From NCBI GenBank assembly GCA_031372565.1, contig JANMLN010000192.1, positions 1-64,000 on the forward strand: a stretch of 64,000 nucleotides of DNA, written 5' to 3'. Below are positions 29,369 to 40,267 of the stretch, piece after piece; within the stretch, counting starts at the first letter, position 1; every line of letters begins with the position of its first letter. A program made the position numbers and the translations under genes. The DNA comes from Gemmatimonadota bacterium (lineage in GTDB: Bacteria; Gemmatimonadota; Gemmatimonadetes; Gemmatimonadales; Gemmatimonadaceae). The notes beneath the pieces are model-generated. The model saw nothing but the letters and a program-made list of their open reading frames with translations, was not told where the DNA came from and did not search any database.

Positions 29369-31900
<2,532 letters not shown>

Positions 31901-31901
31901 C

Positions 31902-32276
31902 ATGGCCACCATCCTGCTCATCGAAGACAACCCGACCAACATGCGACTCGCCGTCTTCCTGTTGGAATCGGCAGGGCATGTGGCACAGTGCGCGGTGGAC
32001 GCCGAACAGGGGCTCACCATGGCGCGCGCCAACCACCCCGACCTGATTCTCATGGACATCCAGCTGCCCGGCATGGATGGCCTCGAGGCGACCGGCCTCC
32101 TCAAGGCGGACCCGCTGACCGCCTCGATTCCGATCATTGCCCTGACGTCGCTGGCGATGAAGGGGGACGAGGAGCGGATCCGGGCAGCGGGGTGCGATGG
32201 CTACATCGCCAAGCCGCTCGCGTACAAGGATTTCCTCACCGTGATCACGGCGCAGCTCGTCGCCGGGAAGGTCTAG
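31902..32276 (+). CDS. Single-domain response regulator (DivK-like)
   Basis: IEDNPTN, LMDIQLPGMDG, ALTSLAMKGDEE, GYIAKP. Confidence 0.92.
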   Translation: MATILLIEDNPTNMRLAVFLLESAGHVAQCAVDAEQGLTMARANHPDLILMDIQLPGMDGLEATGLLKADPLTASIPIIALTSLAMKGDEERIRAAGCDGYIAKPLAYKDFLTVITAQLVAGKV

Positions 32277-32280
32277 TAAA

Positions 32281-33081
32281 ATGCCACATCGCAACGATTC
32301 CGACGGCACGGGCCGTGGCAAGGGCGGCGGCGTGAGCACCGGGCCCATGGTGCGGTCGCGGGCGCCCATGGCCGTGCGCGCGCTTGATATCGAGAGCGAG
32401 GTCACCGCCATTCTTCACGCGCGCACCGGCGGTCCGACCGCGCTCATCGCGGTCGCCCTCATCGAGAACAACCGGATGGTGCGCGACGGCATGACGGCGC
32501 TGCTGCGCGAGTCTGCCGACTTCACCGTCGAGTCCAGCGAGGCGTCCGGATGCCGACCCATGCTGGCGCGGTCACAACCGAACGTGATCCTGATGGATGT
32601 CGGACTGTGGGCGGATGGCGCGCACAACCTTGCCCAGTTGGTCACGACGGAGTATCCCCTGGCTGGCGTGGTCATCACCGACATGCTGCCCAAGAACGAG
32701 GAGTTGATCACGTACGTGAACGATGGTGTCTGCGGCTTCACGCTCAAGGACGCGACCCGCGAGGAACTGGTCGCGACCGTGCGCACGGTGGCCGCGGGCG
32801 ATCATGTCCTCCCGCCCGCGATGACCTCCACGCTCTTCTCGCAGATCGCCAAGGAAGCGCTGGTCCGCGGGCGTGCGGTGGCCGGGTCAACCGTGCGCAT
32901 GACCTCGCGTGAGAAGGAGGTCATCGGGCTCATCGGCGAGGGGCTGAGCAACAAGGAGATCGCGGCGCGACTCACGATTGCCACGCACACGGTCAAGAGT
33001 CACGTGCGGAATGTCATGGAGAAGCTGGCGCTCCACACGCGGCTGCAGATCGCCGCCTTCGCGCACGGCCGCCCGCACTAG
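32281..33081 (+). CDS. NarL/LuxR-family response regulator, paralog of 27035-27676
   Basis: LIENNRMVRDG, LMDVGL, GFTLKD; HTH nearly identical to the paralog; true start may lie downstream. Confidence 0.88.
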   Translation: MPHRNDSDGTGRGKGGGVSTGPMVRSRAPMAVRALDIESEVTAILHARTGGPTALIAVALIENNRMVRDGMTALLRESADFTVESSEASGCRPMLARSQPNVILMDVGLWADGAHNLAQLVTTEYPLAGVVITDMLPKNEELITYVNDGVCGFTLKDATREELVATVRTVAAGDHVLPPAMTSTLFSQIAKEALVRGRAVAGSTVRMTSREKEVIGLIGEGLSNKEIAARLTIATHTVKSHVRNVMEKLALHTRLQIAAFAHGRPH

Positions 33082-33091
33082 GCGCGGCTGA

Positions 33092-33463
33092 TCACGGCGT
33101 CACGGCGTCGTCATCGTCGGGCAGGACGCTGACTGGAGCGGAGCGCGAGACCTCGCATTGCAGGTCGCGCAGGGAGGCCTCCAGCTTCAGGTTCACGGGG
33201 TGGCGCGGGTCGGGGTCATCGCTGACGACGAGGATCCGCGTCACCTGCGGCTCGAACATGAGTCGTGCTGACCAGATGTGGCCCGCTGCCCTCGCCTTCT
33301 CGTGTTCTGCGTCGAGCAGGTGCTGCACGTCCCGCTGCCACCGCTTGGTCTGCGGCGGCACGATCTGGTAGGCAAATGCGAATCTGCCGGCATCGGCGCG
33401 CGTGCTCTCCGCCGCGCCGATCGTGCTGGCGGGGGACGAGATTGCATTCGGTTCTTCGTTCAT
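33092..33463 (-). CDS. Hypothetical protein
   Basis: AAGGAG RBS before the ATG at 33463; GC3-biased codons; no recognisable motif. Confidence 0.6.
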   Translation of the reverse strand: MNEEPNAISSPASTIGAAESTRADAGRFAFAYQIVPPQTKRWQRDVQHLLDAEHEKARAAGHIWSARLMFEPQVTRILVVSDDPDPRHPVNLKLEASLRDLQCEVSRSAPVSVLPDDDDAVTP

Positions 33464-33586
33464 GGTGCGCTCCTTGCGCGCGCCCGACGGTGGGCATGCC
33501 GTAGGGTATTGGTGGGCTTGGCTCGCCACCATCGCTCGTATGAGCGAGAGCCCATGACCGCCGCAGCGCGCGGCGGCGCAGGGTGG

Positions 33587-34036
33587 CTACGGATGCATAC
33601 CGTTGGGGCGCGGTGCGTCGTCCAGACTGAATGGCACGGGCTCGTCGTCCGCGAACTGGTCCGTGAAGCCCGGCACGACCTCGGCGGCAAAATCGAACGC
33701 CTTGGTCAGCGCCACGCCCACGAGCGCGTTCACCATGCGGTCGATCGCGGGATGACTCGGCGCCGGTCGGTCCAGATCGGCGAGGCGGTTCCCGTTCGCG
33801 CTGTCGCGCATGCCGTCGTGACCTCCCCGGCGTCGCGCCGGTCGGCGGTCGGTGATCATCGCCAGCAGCAGTCCCGCGCTGGCCGCGATCCCGACGGCCG
33901 CCAGCGGGTGTTGTCCGACCTGCACGCGCCAGTCCGTGAGTTCGCGCGTCTTGTCGGCCAGGAAGGCGAGGTTCTCGGAGAGGGCGTTCTTCTCGGCTTC
34001 GAGCGTGCGCTGGAGGTCGGATGTGAGGTCGCTCAT
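33587..34036 (-). CDS. Hypothetical protein (DUF3618-like partner of the holin-like gene)
   Basis: ATGA overlap; LSENL..L..K.RE.TDWR.QV.QHPLAAVGIA..AG motif. Confidence 0.7.
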   Translation of the reverse strand: MSDLTSDLQRTLEAEKNALSENLAFLADKTRELTDWRVQVGQHPLAAVGIAASAGLLLAMITDRRPARRRGGHDGMRDSANGNRLADLDRPAPSHPAIDRMVNALVGVALTKAFDFAAEVVPGFTDQFADDEPVPFSLDDAPRPNGMHP

Positions 34037-34410
34037 GCGGCGGGTTCCGGTGGAGAGAGGACCGCGGGGGTGCCATGCAGCATGGCGTGCGGCAGTTGGG
34101 CACGGCCCGCGATCATGAGCAGGGTGGCACCACCGAGGACGATGCCGCCGATCAGCAACGCCGCTGCCCAGATCGGCATCACGAGTGCGAGCGCGAACAT
34201 CGCGCCGAGGAGCAGGAAGAGCAGCCCGAGGGCAACCAGCGCGAGTCCCCCGAGCAGGAGCACGAAGGCGCCGCCCGCCGCCCGCATGCCTTCGCGCACC
34301 TCGGCGATCGCAATGCGAAGTTCGGCGCGGACGATCCGGTCGACGTTGCCGCCGATGTCCCGGACCACCGTGCTGAACGACCGCTCACCTGCCGCCTGCG
34401 CGGGCGTCAC
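34033..34410 (-). CDS. Phage_holin_3_6/YhjD-like 2-TM membrane protein
   Basis: ERSF..VV.DI..NV..IVRAELRIA.AE followed by two TM helices. Confidence 0.8.
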   Translation of the reverse strand: MTPAQAAGERSFSTVVRDIGGNVDRIVRAELRIAIAEVREGMRAAGGAFVLLLGGLALVALGLLFLLLGAMFALALVMPIWAAALLIGGIVLGGATLLMIAGRAQLPHAMLHGTPAVLSPPEPAA

Positions 34411-34411
34411 C

Positions 34412-34741
34412 CTAGTCGCGACGGAACGCGCGACCGGCCATGAAACCGACCACGAGGGCGCCGATGAGGAACTTGCCCGGATTCGCCTTGATCATGGACT
34501 CGATGTCGCCGACCATGGCCTTTGCGCCGTGGTCGCGCACATACGCGGCCGACGCGCCGAGACGGTCAGCGGCGGCATGTCCCGCATGCGCGAGACTGTC
34601 GGTGCCGGCGTTCATGCGCGTTGCCGCGCCGTCGAGCGCGTCAGCCGTCGCGGTGCGGCCGGTCCGGAACGCTTCCGAGGCGAGATCCTGCGCGCGAATG
34701 GCGCCGTCCTGGAGGTTGGTGCTGAGTGTGGAGCTGGCCAT
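34412..34741 (-). CDS. ElaB/YqjD/DUF883-like tail-anchored protein
   Basis: Helical Ala-rich body and C-terminal IKANPGKFLIGALVVGFMAGR motif. Confidence 0.75.
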   Translation of the reverse strand: MASSTLSTNLQDGAIRAQDLASEAFRTGRTATADALDGAATRMNAGTDSLAHAGHAAADRLGASAAYVRDHGAKAMVGDIESMIKANPGKFLIGALVVGFMAGRAFRRD

Positions 34742-35026
34742 GGGATGCTCGCGTGGCAAGGGGAGAGTGCAGCAGTGGAACCGGTGGTGTGCGTGCAGGT
34801 GCGCGCCATCGAAGGCGCCGACCGTGATCGCTGCACCAGCGACTCTCAAGCTTGCCCGCGTGGCATGCCGTCACTATCGCACGAAGGGATGGCATCCATG
34901 CCCCTGCCCAGAAGGAGTAGCCCGCGGTTCACCCACGCGAGCGATGGTTGTCCGAACCCGGTGCAGGCAACGTGTACGGAGCGATACCGCCCGTTCGTTT
35001 TGCCCCCCGTGATCGAGGCCCGACCG

Positions 35027-35176
35027 ATGCTCTGGACCATTGCCATGATTCTGCTCGTGCTCTGGATTCTCGGACTGGTGACGGCCACCACGCTCGGTGG
35101 GTTCATCCACGTCCTGCTGATGCTTGCGATCGTCGCCGTCCTGGTGCGCGTGATCCAGGGACGTCGGGTCATCTAG
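35027..35176 (+). CDS. lmo0937-family small membrane protein (49 aa)
   Basis: MLWTIAMILLVLWILGLVTATTLGGFIHVLLMLAIVAVLVRVIQGRRVI; GAGG RBS. Confidence 0.88.
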   Translation: MLWTIAMILLVLWILGLVTATTLGGFIHVLLMLAIVAVLVRVIQGRRVI

Positions 35177-35264
35177 CGCTTCCATCGGTCGCACGCACCG
35201 TGCGACCACGCACACCGTCCGCGCTGTCCCCACCGAACACCTCTCCCCAATCAGGAACACCCCC

Positions 35265-35582
35265 ATGTCGAACACCATGCGCTTGATGCTGACCGCCTCC
35301 CTCTGCGTTGCCCTTCCCGCGATGGCTCCCGCACAGAGCGTGACCAACCCCGTACGCGTCGAGGCATCGGCGCCCAGCGCGCCCTCGTCCGCCGCGATGC
35401 CGCAGAGCGGCCCCCGGGCGACCAAGTCGCACTTCGTGACCGAGCCCGCGGTGCAGCTCCCGCAGTCTGCGCTGGCCAAGCTGGCCAACCCGCTGGATGA
35501 AGGCGGCAGCAACACCTTCACGATCACGACGCTCGCCCTGATCCTCGGCATCATCCTGATCGTGGTGCTCGTGGCCCGGTAG
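35265..35582 (+). CDS. Small exported protein with a C-terminal TM anchor
   Basis: AGGA RBS; signal peptide ending APA-Q; C-terminal TITTLALILGIILIVVLVAR. Confidence 0.7.
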   Translation: MSNTMRLMLTASLCVALPAMAPAQSVTNPVRVEASAPSAPSSAAMPQSGPRATKSHFVTEPAVQLPQSALAKLANPLDEGGSNTFTITTLALILGIILIVVLVAR

Positions 35583-35732
35583 GCACGGCCCTCGATCCGG
35601 CACGGTAACGGCAACGTCGGGTCCGGTCGCTGCGTTATGCAGAGACCGGATCTGGTGTTGCTCGCCCCTTGCCACGACCGCTTCGACGGGCGCAGGATTC
35701 GGGAACTCATCGTTCCTCTTTTGGAGTCCTGC

Positions 35733-38700
35733 ATGCCCCTGCGGTCCCTTGCCGCCCTCGCGCGCCTCGCCACTCGAACTGCGACGCGTACTGCCACCCG
35801 ACTCGTCCCGCTCGTCCTCCCCGTCGTCGCACTGAGTGCGCAGCGCGGGGTCCGCGTCGAGCCCAAGATGCCCATCCTGCAGATGCCGGCGGTCGCCTAC
35901 GCCAAAGCGCTCGACACGAGTGCCTTCTCGGCGCTGCGGTACCGCGAGATCGGCCCGTTCCGTGGCGGTCGCTCCGTGGCCGCCATCGGCTCGGCGTCCC
36001 GACCGCTCGAGTACTGGATGGGTACCACGGGCGGTGGCGTCTTCAAGACCGTCGATGCCGGCATGAACTGGGCGCCCGTCACCGACAAGTACTTCGGCGG
36101 CACGATCGGCGCGATCGGCGTGAGCGAGACCAATCCGGATATCGTGTATGTGGGCACGGGCGAGTATCCGATCCGCGGCAACGTGGCGCCGGGCGACGGC
36201 GTGTGGAAGACGAGCGATGGTGGCAAGACGTGGAGCTTTCTGGGGCTCCGCGAGACGCAGCACATCTCGCGCGTGAAGGTGCACCCGACCAATCCCGACA
36301 TCGTGTGGATCGGCGCGCAAGGCAAGGCGTTCGCGAATTCCACGGAGCGCGGCGTCTACAAGACGACCGACGGCGGCAAGACGTGGAAGCGGACGTTGTT
36401 CGTGGGCGACTCGGCCGGTGTCACGGATCTCGTGCTCGATCCCACCAATCCGATGGTGCTCTACGCCGCCATCTGGCAGGTGTATCGCCGGCCGTGGAAG
36501 CTCTGGAGCGGCGGCGGCGCGAGTGGATTGTGGAAGAGCATCGACGGCGGCGAGACGTGGGTCGAGCTCACCCGCAATCGCGGCCTGCCGCGCGGCCTCT
36601 GGGGCAACAGCGGCATCACGGTGAGTGCGGCCAATCCACGGCGCCTCTGGGCGTTGATCGAAGCGGACGAAGGCGGCGTGTATCGCTCCGATGATGCGGG
36701 CGAGAGCTGGACCAAAGTCAACGAGCAGCGCATGCTGCGCCAGCGCGCCTGGTACTACTCGCGCATCTTCGCCGACCCGAAGGACACCAACACGGTGTAC
36801 GCGCTCAACACGGGGCTCTATCGCAGCACGAATGGCGGCAAGGCGTTCACGCCGATTCGCGTGCCGCACGGCGACAACCACGACTTGTGGATCGCGCCCA
36901 ACGATCCGACCCGCATGATCAACGCGAACGATGGCGGCGCCAACGTCTCGTTCACGAGCGGGCGCACCTGGACCGATCAGGATTTCGCGACGGCGCAGTT
37001 CTATCATGTGAGCACCACCAACCACTTCCCGTACTGGGTGTGTGGCGCGCAGCAGGACAACTCGACGCTCTGCGGCCCGAGCCGCAAGCCGGGCGGCATC
37101 AGCATCGCCGATTGGCAGGACGCGGGCGGTGGCGAATCGGGGTATGTGACCGCACTGCCAACCAATCCGGACGTCGTGTTTGCCGGCTCCTACGGCGGGC
37201 TGCTCACGCGCAAGGACTTCAAGACCGGCTTCAGCAAGAACGTGTCGCCGTGGCCCGACAACCCGATGGGGTACTCGTCGGAAGACATCAAGCACCGCTT
37301 CCAGTGGACCTTCCCGATCGTCGTGTCGCCGCACAACCCGAAGGTGCTCTACGTGGGCGGCAGCGAACTCTGGCGCTCGACCAACGAAGGGAACAGCTGG
37401 ACGCAGCTCTCACCGCCATTGGCGCGCAACGACCCGAAGACGCTTGGGCCCTCGGGTGGCCCGATCACCAAGGACCAGACCGGCGTCGAGACGTACGGAA
37501 CGATCTTCGCGATGGCCGAGTCGCCGGTGAAGGCGGGCGTGTTGTGGTCGGGGAGCGATGATGGCTGGGTGCAGCTGTCGCAGGACAACGGGAAGTCGTG
37601 GGCCAACGTGACGCCCAAGGACCTGCCCGAGTTCGCGCGCATCAGCATCATCGAGCCGTCGTCGTACTCGGCGAGCACGGTGTACCTGGCAGCCAACCGG
37701 TTCCAGCTGGATGACTGGACGCCGTACTTGTATCGCTCCAACGACTACGGCAAGAGCTGGACGCGGATTACCACGGGGATCGATGCGCGGCAGTTCACGC
37801 GCGTCATTCGCGAGGATCCCGTGCGCCGCGGCCTGCTGTTCGCGGGCACGGAACAGGGGGTGTGGATGTCGTTCAACGACGGCGACAGCTGGCAGCCGCT
37901 CCAGCGGAACCTGCCACCGGTGCCCGTGCACGACCTGGCGATCAAGGAGGGTGATCTGGTGGTCGGGACGCACGGCCGCTCGTTCTGGATTCTGGACGAC
38001 ATCTCGGTGCTGCGCCAGGTGACGACCGACGTGATGGCCAAGAATGCGCACGTGTTCCAGCCGCGCGATCCGTATCGTGAATCGCTCGGCGGCGGCTTCG
38101 GCGGTGGTGGCGGCGGGCAGAGCCCCGTCGGGCAGAATCCGGCATCGGGTGCGGTGCTCCGCTACTGGCTCAAGAGTGCGAACCAGACGGTGACCGTCGA
38201 CATCACCGACGCGAAGGGGAACGTGGTGCGGCGCTTCACGTCGGCGCAGGATTCGGCGAGCGCGGCCGATTCGGTGCGCGCGGATACGCGCCGGATGGCG
38301 CGGCGCGATTCGCTGGTGAAGGCGGGCTGGAGTGCCGATAGCGCGGCCAAGCGCACGCCGTACGTGGCGCCCGGTGGTCCCGTTGTGTCGTTCGACGATG
38401 ATGACGAGACACCGTTCCGCGCGCCGCGGCCACCGCGCGTACCGAACAAGGCGGGGATGAACACCTTCGTGTGGAACTTCCGGTATCCCGAGCCGACGAG
38501 CTTCGACGGGATGATCCTGTGGGCGGCCGGGGTGCAGGGGCCGCTCGCGACGCCGGGCAAGTACGTGGCCAAGTTCACCGTCGGTGGCGAGGTGATCGCG
38601 CGGACGTTCGAACTCAAGAAGGATCCGCGTTCGACCGCGACGCAGGCGGAGTTGGAGGAGCAGTTCCGCGTGGCGATGGCGGTGCGCGACCGGTTCTCCG

Positions 38701-39134
38701 ATGCGAATGATGCGGTGCGTGGCGTGCGCGGCGTGCGCGCGCAGATGGCCGACCGGGCGCCGCGGTTGCGCGGGACTGATTCGAGTCTCTTCAACGGCAT
38801 CCAGCAGCGGTTCGGCACGCGCATGGGTGGCGTGGAGGGCGAGGTGTACCAGGTGAAGAACCAGAGCTCGCAGGATCCGCTCAACTACCCGATCAAGCTC
38901 AACAACAAGATTGGCGCGCTGGCGGGGGTGGTCGGCTCGGCCGACGGGAAGCCGACGGCGCAGAGCTACGACGTGTTCAACATCCTGTCGGATTCGCTCG
39001 AGACGGCGATCACGAGCCTGCGACTGATCGTGAACGAGGAGCTGCCGAAGGTGAACGAGATCCTGAAGCGGAACGGGCTGGCGCCGGTGACAGCGAATCT
39101 GCCGGGTCCGAAGAAGGTGAAGTTCACGCCGTAA
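35733..39134 (+). CDS. VPS10/sortilin-like BNR-repeat protein (glycosyl hydrolase-like)
   Basis: YREIGPFRGGRS, repeated Asp-box S/TxDGGxTW, HGDNHDLWI, GAQQDNS, RFQWTFP, GTHGRSFWILDD. Confidence 0.9.
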   Translation: MPLRSLAALARLATRTATRTATRLVPLVLPVVALSAQRGVRVEPKMPILQMPAVAYAKALDTSAFSALRYREIGPFRGGRSVAAIGSASRPLEYWMGTTGGGVFKTVDAGMNWAPVTDKYFGGTIGAIGVSETNPDIVYVGTGEYPIRGNVAPGDGVWKTSDGGKTWSFLGLRETQHISRVKVHPTNPDIVWIGAQGKAFANSTERGVYKTTDGGKTWKRTLFVGDSAGVTDLVLDPTNPMVLYAAIWQVYRRPWKLWSGGGASGLWKSIDGGETWVELTRNRGLPRGLWGNSGITVSAANPRRLWALIEADEGGVYRSDDAGESWTKVNEQRMLRQRAWYYSRIFADPKDTNTVYALNTGLYRSTNGGKAFTPIRVPHGDNHDLWIAPNDPTRMINANDGGANVSFTSGRTWTDQDFATAQFYHVSTTNHFPYWVCGAQQDNSTLCGPSRKPGGISIADWQDAGGGESGYVTALPTNPDVVFAGSYGGLLTRKDFKTGFSKNVSPWPDNPMGYSSEDIKHRFQWTFPIVVSPHNPKVLYVGGSELWRSTNEGNSWTQLSPPLARNDPKTLGPSGGPITKDQTGVETYGTIFAMAESPVKAGVLWSGSDDGWVQLSQDNGKSWANVTPKDLPEFARISIIEPSSYSASTVYLAANRFQLDDWTPYLYRSNDYGKSWTRITTGIDARQFTRVIREDPVRRGLLFAGTEQGVWMSFNDGDSWQPLQRNLPPVPVHDLAIKEGDLVVGTHGRSFWILDDISVLRQVTTDVMAKNAHVFQPRDPYRESLGGGFGGGGGGQSPVGQNPASGAVLRYWLKSANQTVTVDITDAKGNVVRRFTSAQDSASAADSVRADTRRMARRDSLVKAGWSADSAAKRTPYVAPGGPVVSFDDDDETPFRAPRPPRVPNKAGMNTFVWNFRYPEPTSFDGMILWAAGVQGPLATPGKYVAKFTVGGEVIARTFELKKDPRSTATQAELEEQFRVAMAVRDRFSDANDAVRGVRGVRAQMADRAPRLRGTDSSLFNGIQQRFGTRMGGVEGEVYQVKNQSSQDPLNYPIKLNNKIGALAGVVGSADGKPTAQSYDVFNILSDSLETAITSLRLIVNEELPKVNEILKRNGLAPVTANLPGPKKVKFTP

Positions 39135-39135
39135 G

Positions 39136-39214
39136 GTCGTGTTGAGCGGCCAGTCGTCCTGAGCGCAGCGAAGGACCTGCTTGTCCCGCCCTCCCGGCGG
39201 CAAGCAGGTCCTTC
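39136..39214. repeat. REP-like palindromic repeat copy 2 (truncated right arm, degenerate tandem 5' unit)
   Basis: gtcgtgttgagcggcca + gtcgtcctgagcgcagcgaaggacctgcttg...caagcaggtccttc, starting just after the TAA. Confidence 0.8.
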
Positions 39215-39233
39215 CTTGCATCCACCCAACCTA

Positions 39234-39279
39234 TTGACACAATCTAACTGTTGTCAAAACAATTAGAACAGAATACTCT
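39234..39279 (+). promoter_or_regulatory. Sigma70-type promoter with an overlapping palindromic operator upstream of the carbonic anhydrase
   Basis: TTGTCA(39251-56)-17 bp-TACTCT(39274-79); palindrome TCTAACTGTT-n5-AACAATTAGA (39243-39267); extra TTGACA at 39234. Confidence 0.55.
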
Positions 39280-39312
39280 CCACGTGTCGTCCACCCCGAC
39301 CTGGAGCTCGCC

Positions 39313-40041
39313 ATGTGCCGTCCCGCTGACTCTGCCGATACCCCTGACCTCTCGCGCCGTCGTGCCCTGATCACCACGGCGGGGGCTGGACTGGCCGCAC
39401 TCGCGGCGTGGCCGACCGCCGCCCGCGCCGCCTCGTCGCAGACGGGCGCTGTCGACACCCTCTGGCCCGACGCCAACACGCCCGACGAGGCGCTCGCCCG
39501 GCTCCGCGCCGGCAACCAGCGCTTCGTCGCCGGCAACGTGCAGGCGCCCAACCGCAACATGGCCCGCCTCAAGGAAGTCGCCGCCGGTCAGAAGCCGTTC
39601 GCGGCCTTCCTCGGCTGTGCCGACTCGCGCGTGCCGGTCGAGATCGTGTTCGATCAGGGGTTCGGCGACGTGTTCGTCACGCGCATCGCGGGCAATGTCG
39701 CGGACCCGGCCGTGATCGGGTCGCTCGAGTTCGGGACGCTCGTGCTTGGCGCCAAGGTGCTCTACGTGCTCGGTCACTCCAGGTGCGGCGCGGTCGATGC
39801 GACGATCAAGGGCAATGAAGTGCCCGGGCAGATCAGCACGCTGTACCAGCACATCCGACGCGCGGCCAAGGAAGCGAAGGGCGATCTCAACGGCGCGATC
39901 CGTCGCAATGTGCAGATCCAGGCCGAGATCCTCGAGGAGGCGTCGCCGGTGATCGCGCGGCTCATGCGTGAGGGGCAACTCAAGGTGGTCGGCGGGGTGT
40001 ATGACCTCGACACGGGTATCGTGACCGAAGTCCCGCTCTGA
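39313..40041 (+). CDS. Beta-class carbonic anhydrase with a Tat signal peptide
   Basis: SRRRALI twin-arginine motif; GNQRF, GQKP, CADSRVP, RIAGN, HSRCGAV zinc ligands. Confidence 0.93.
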   Translation: MCRPADSADTPDLSRRRALITTAGAGLAALAAWPTAARAASSQTGAVDTLWPDANTPDEALARLRAGNQRFVAGNVQAPNRNMARLKEVAAGQKPFAAFLGCADSRVPVEIVFDQGFGDVFVTRIAGNVADPAVIGSLEFGTLVLGAKVLYVLGHSRCGAVDATIKGNEVPGQISTLYQHIRRAAKEAKGDLNGAIRRNVQIQAEILEEASPVIARLMREGQLKVVGGVYDLDTGIVTEVPL

Positions 40042-40042
40042 C

Positions 40043-40122
40043 GTCGTCCTGAGCGAAGCGAAGGAGCTGCTGGTGGCTGGTCACACGAGCAAAAGCAGGT
40101 CCTTCGCTTCGCTCAGGACGAC
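40043..40122. repeat. REP-like palindromic repeat copy 3 (complete)
   Basis: gtcgtcctgagcgaagcgaaggagctgct...agcaggtccttcgcttcgctcaggacgac; 29-bp arms with one mismatch. Confidence 0.88.
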
Positions 40123-40267
40123 AGGGCGCGGGTGGCGCACGCGGACAACGTTTGGCGCAATGCCTGCGTAGTGCTCGGCGCGGTTGCGGTGTCACGCGCG
40201 CGTTGCAGCTTTCCCGCTGCGCGCCGGGTCTCTCCGCCCGGCACCGCGGCCATTGTCGCTGAGTCTC

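Noticed and set aside
34033..34410. Holin as evidence of a prophage
   Set aside because: This family normally sits in the chromosomal YqjD/holin-like/DUF3618 triad, and there are no phage genes in the window
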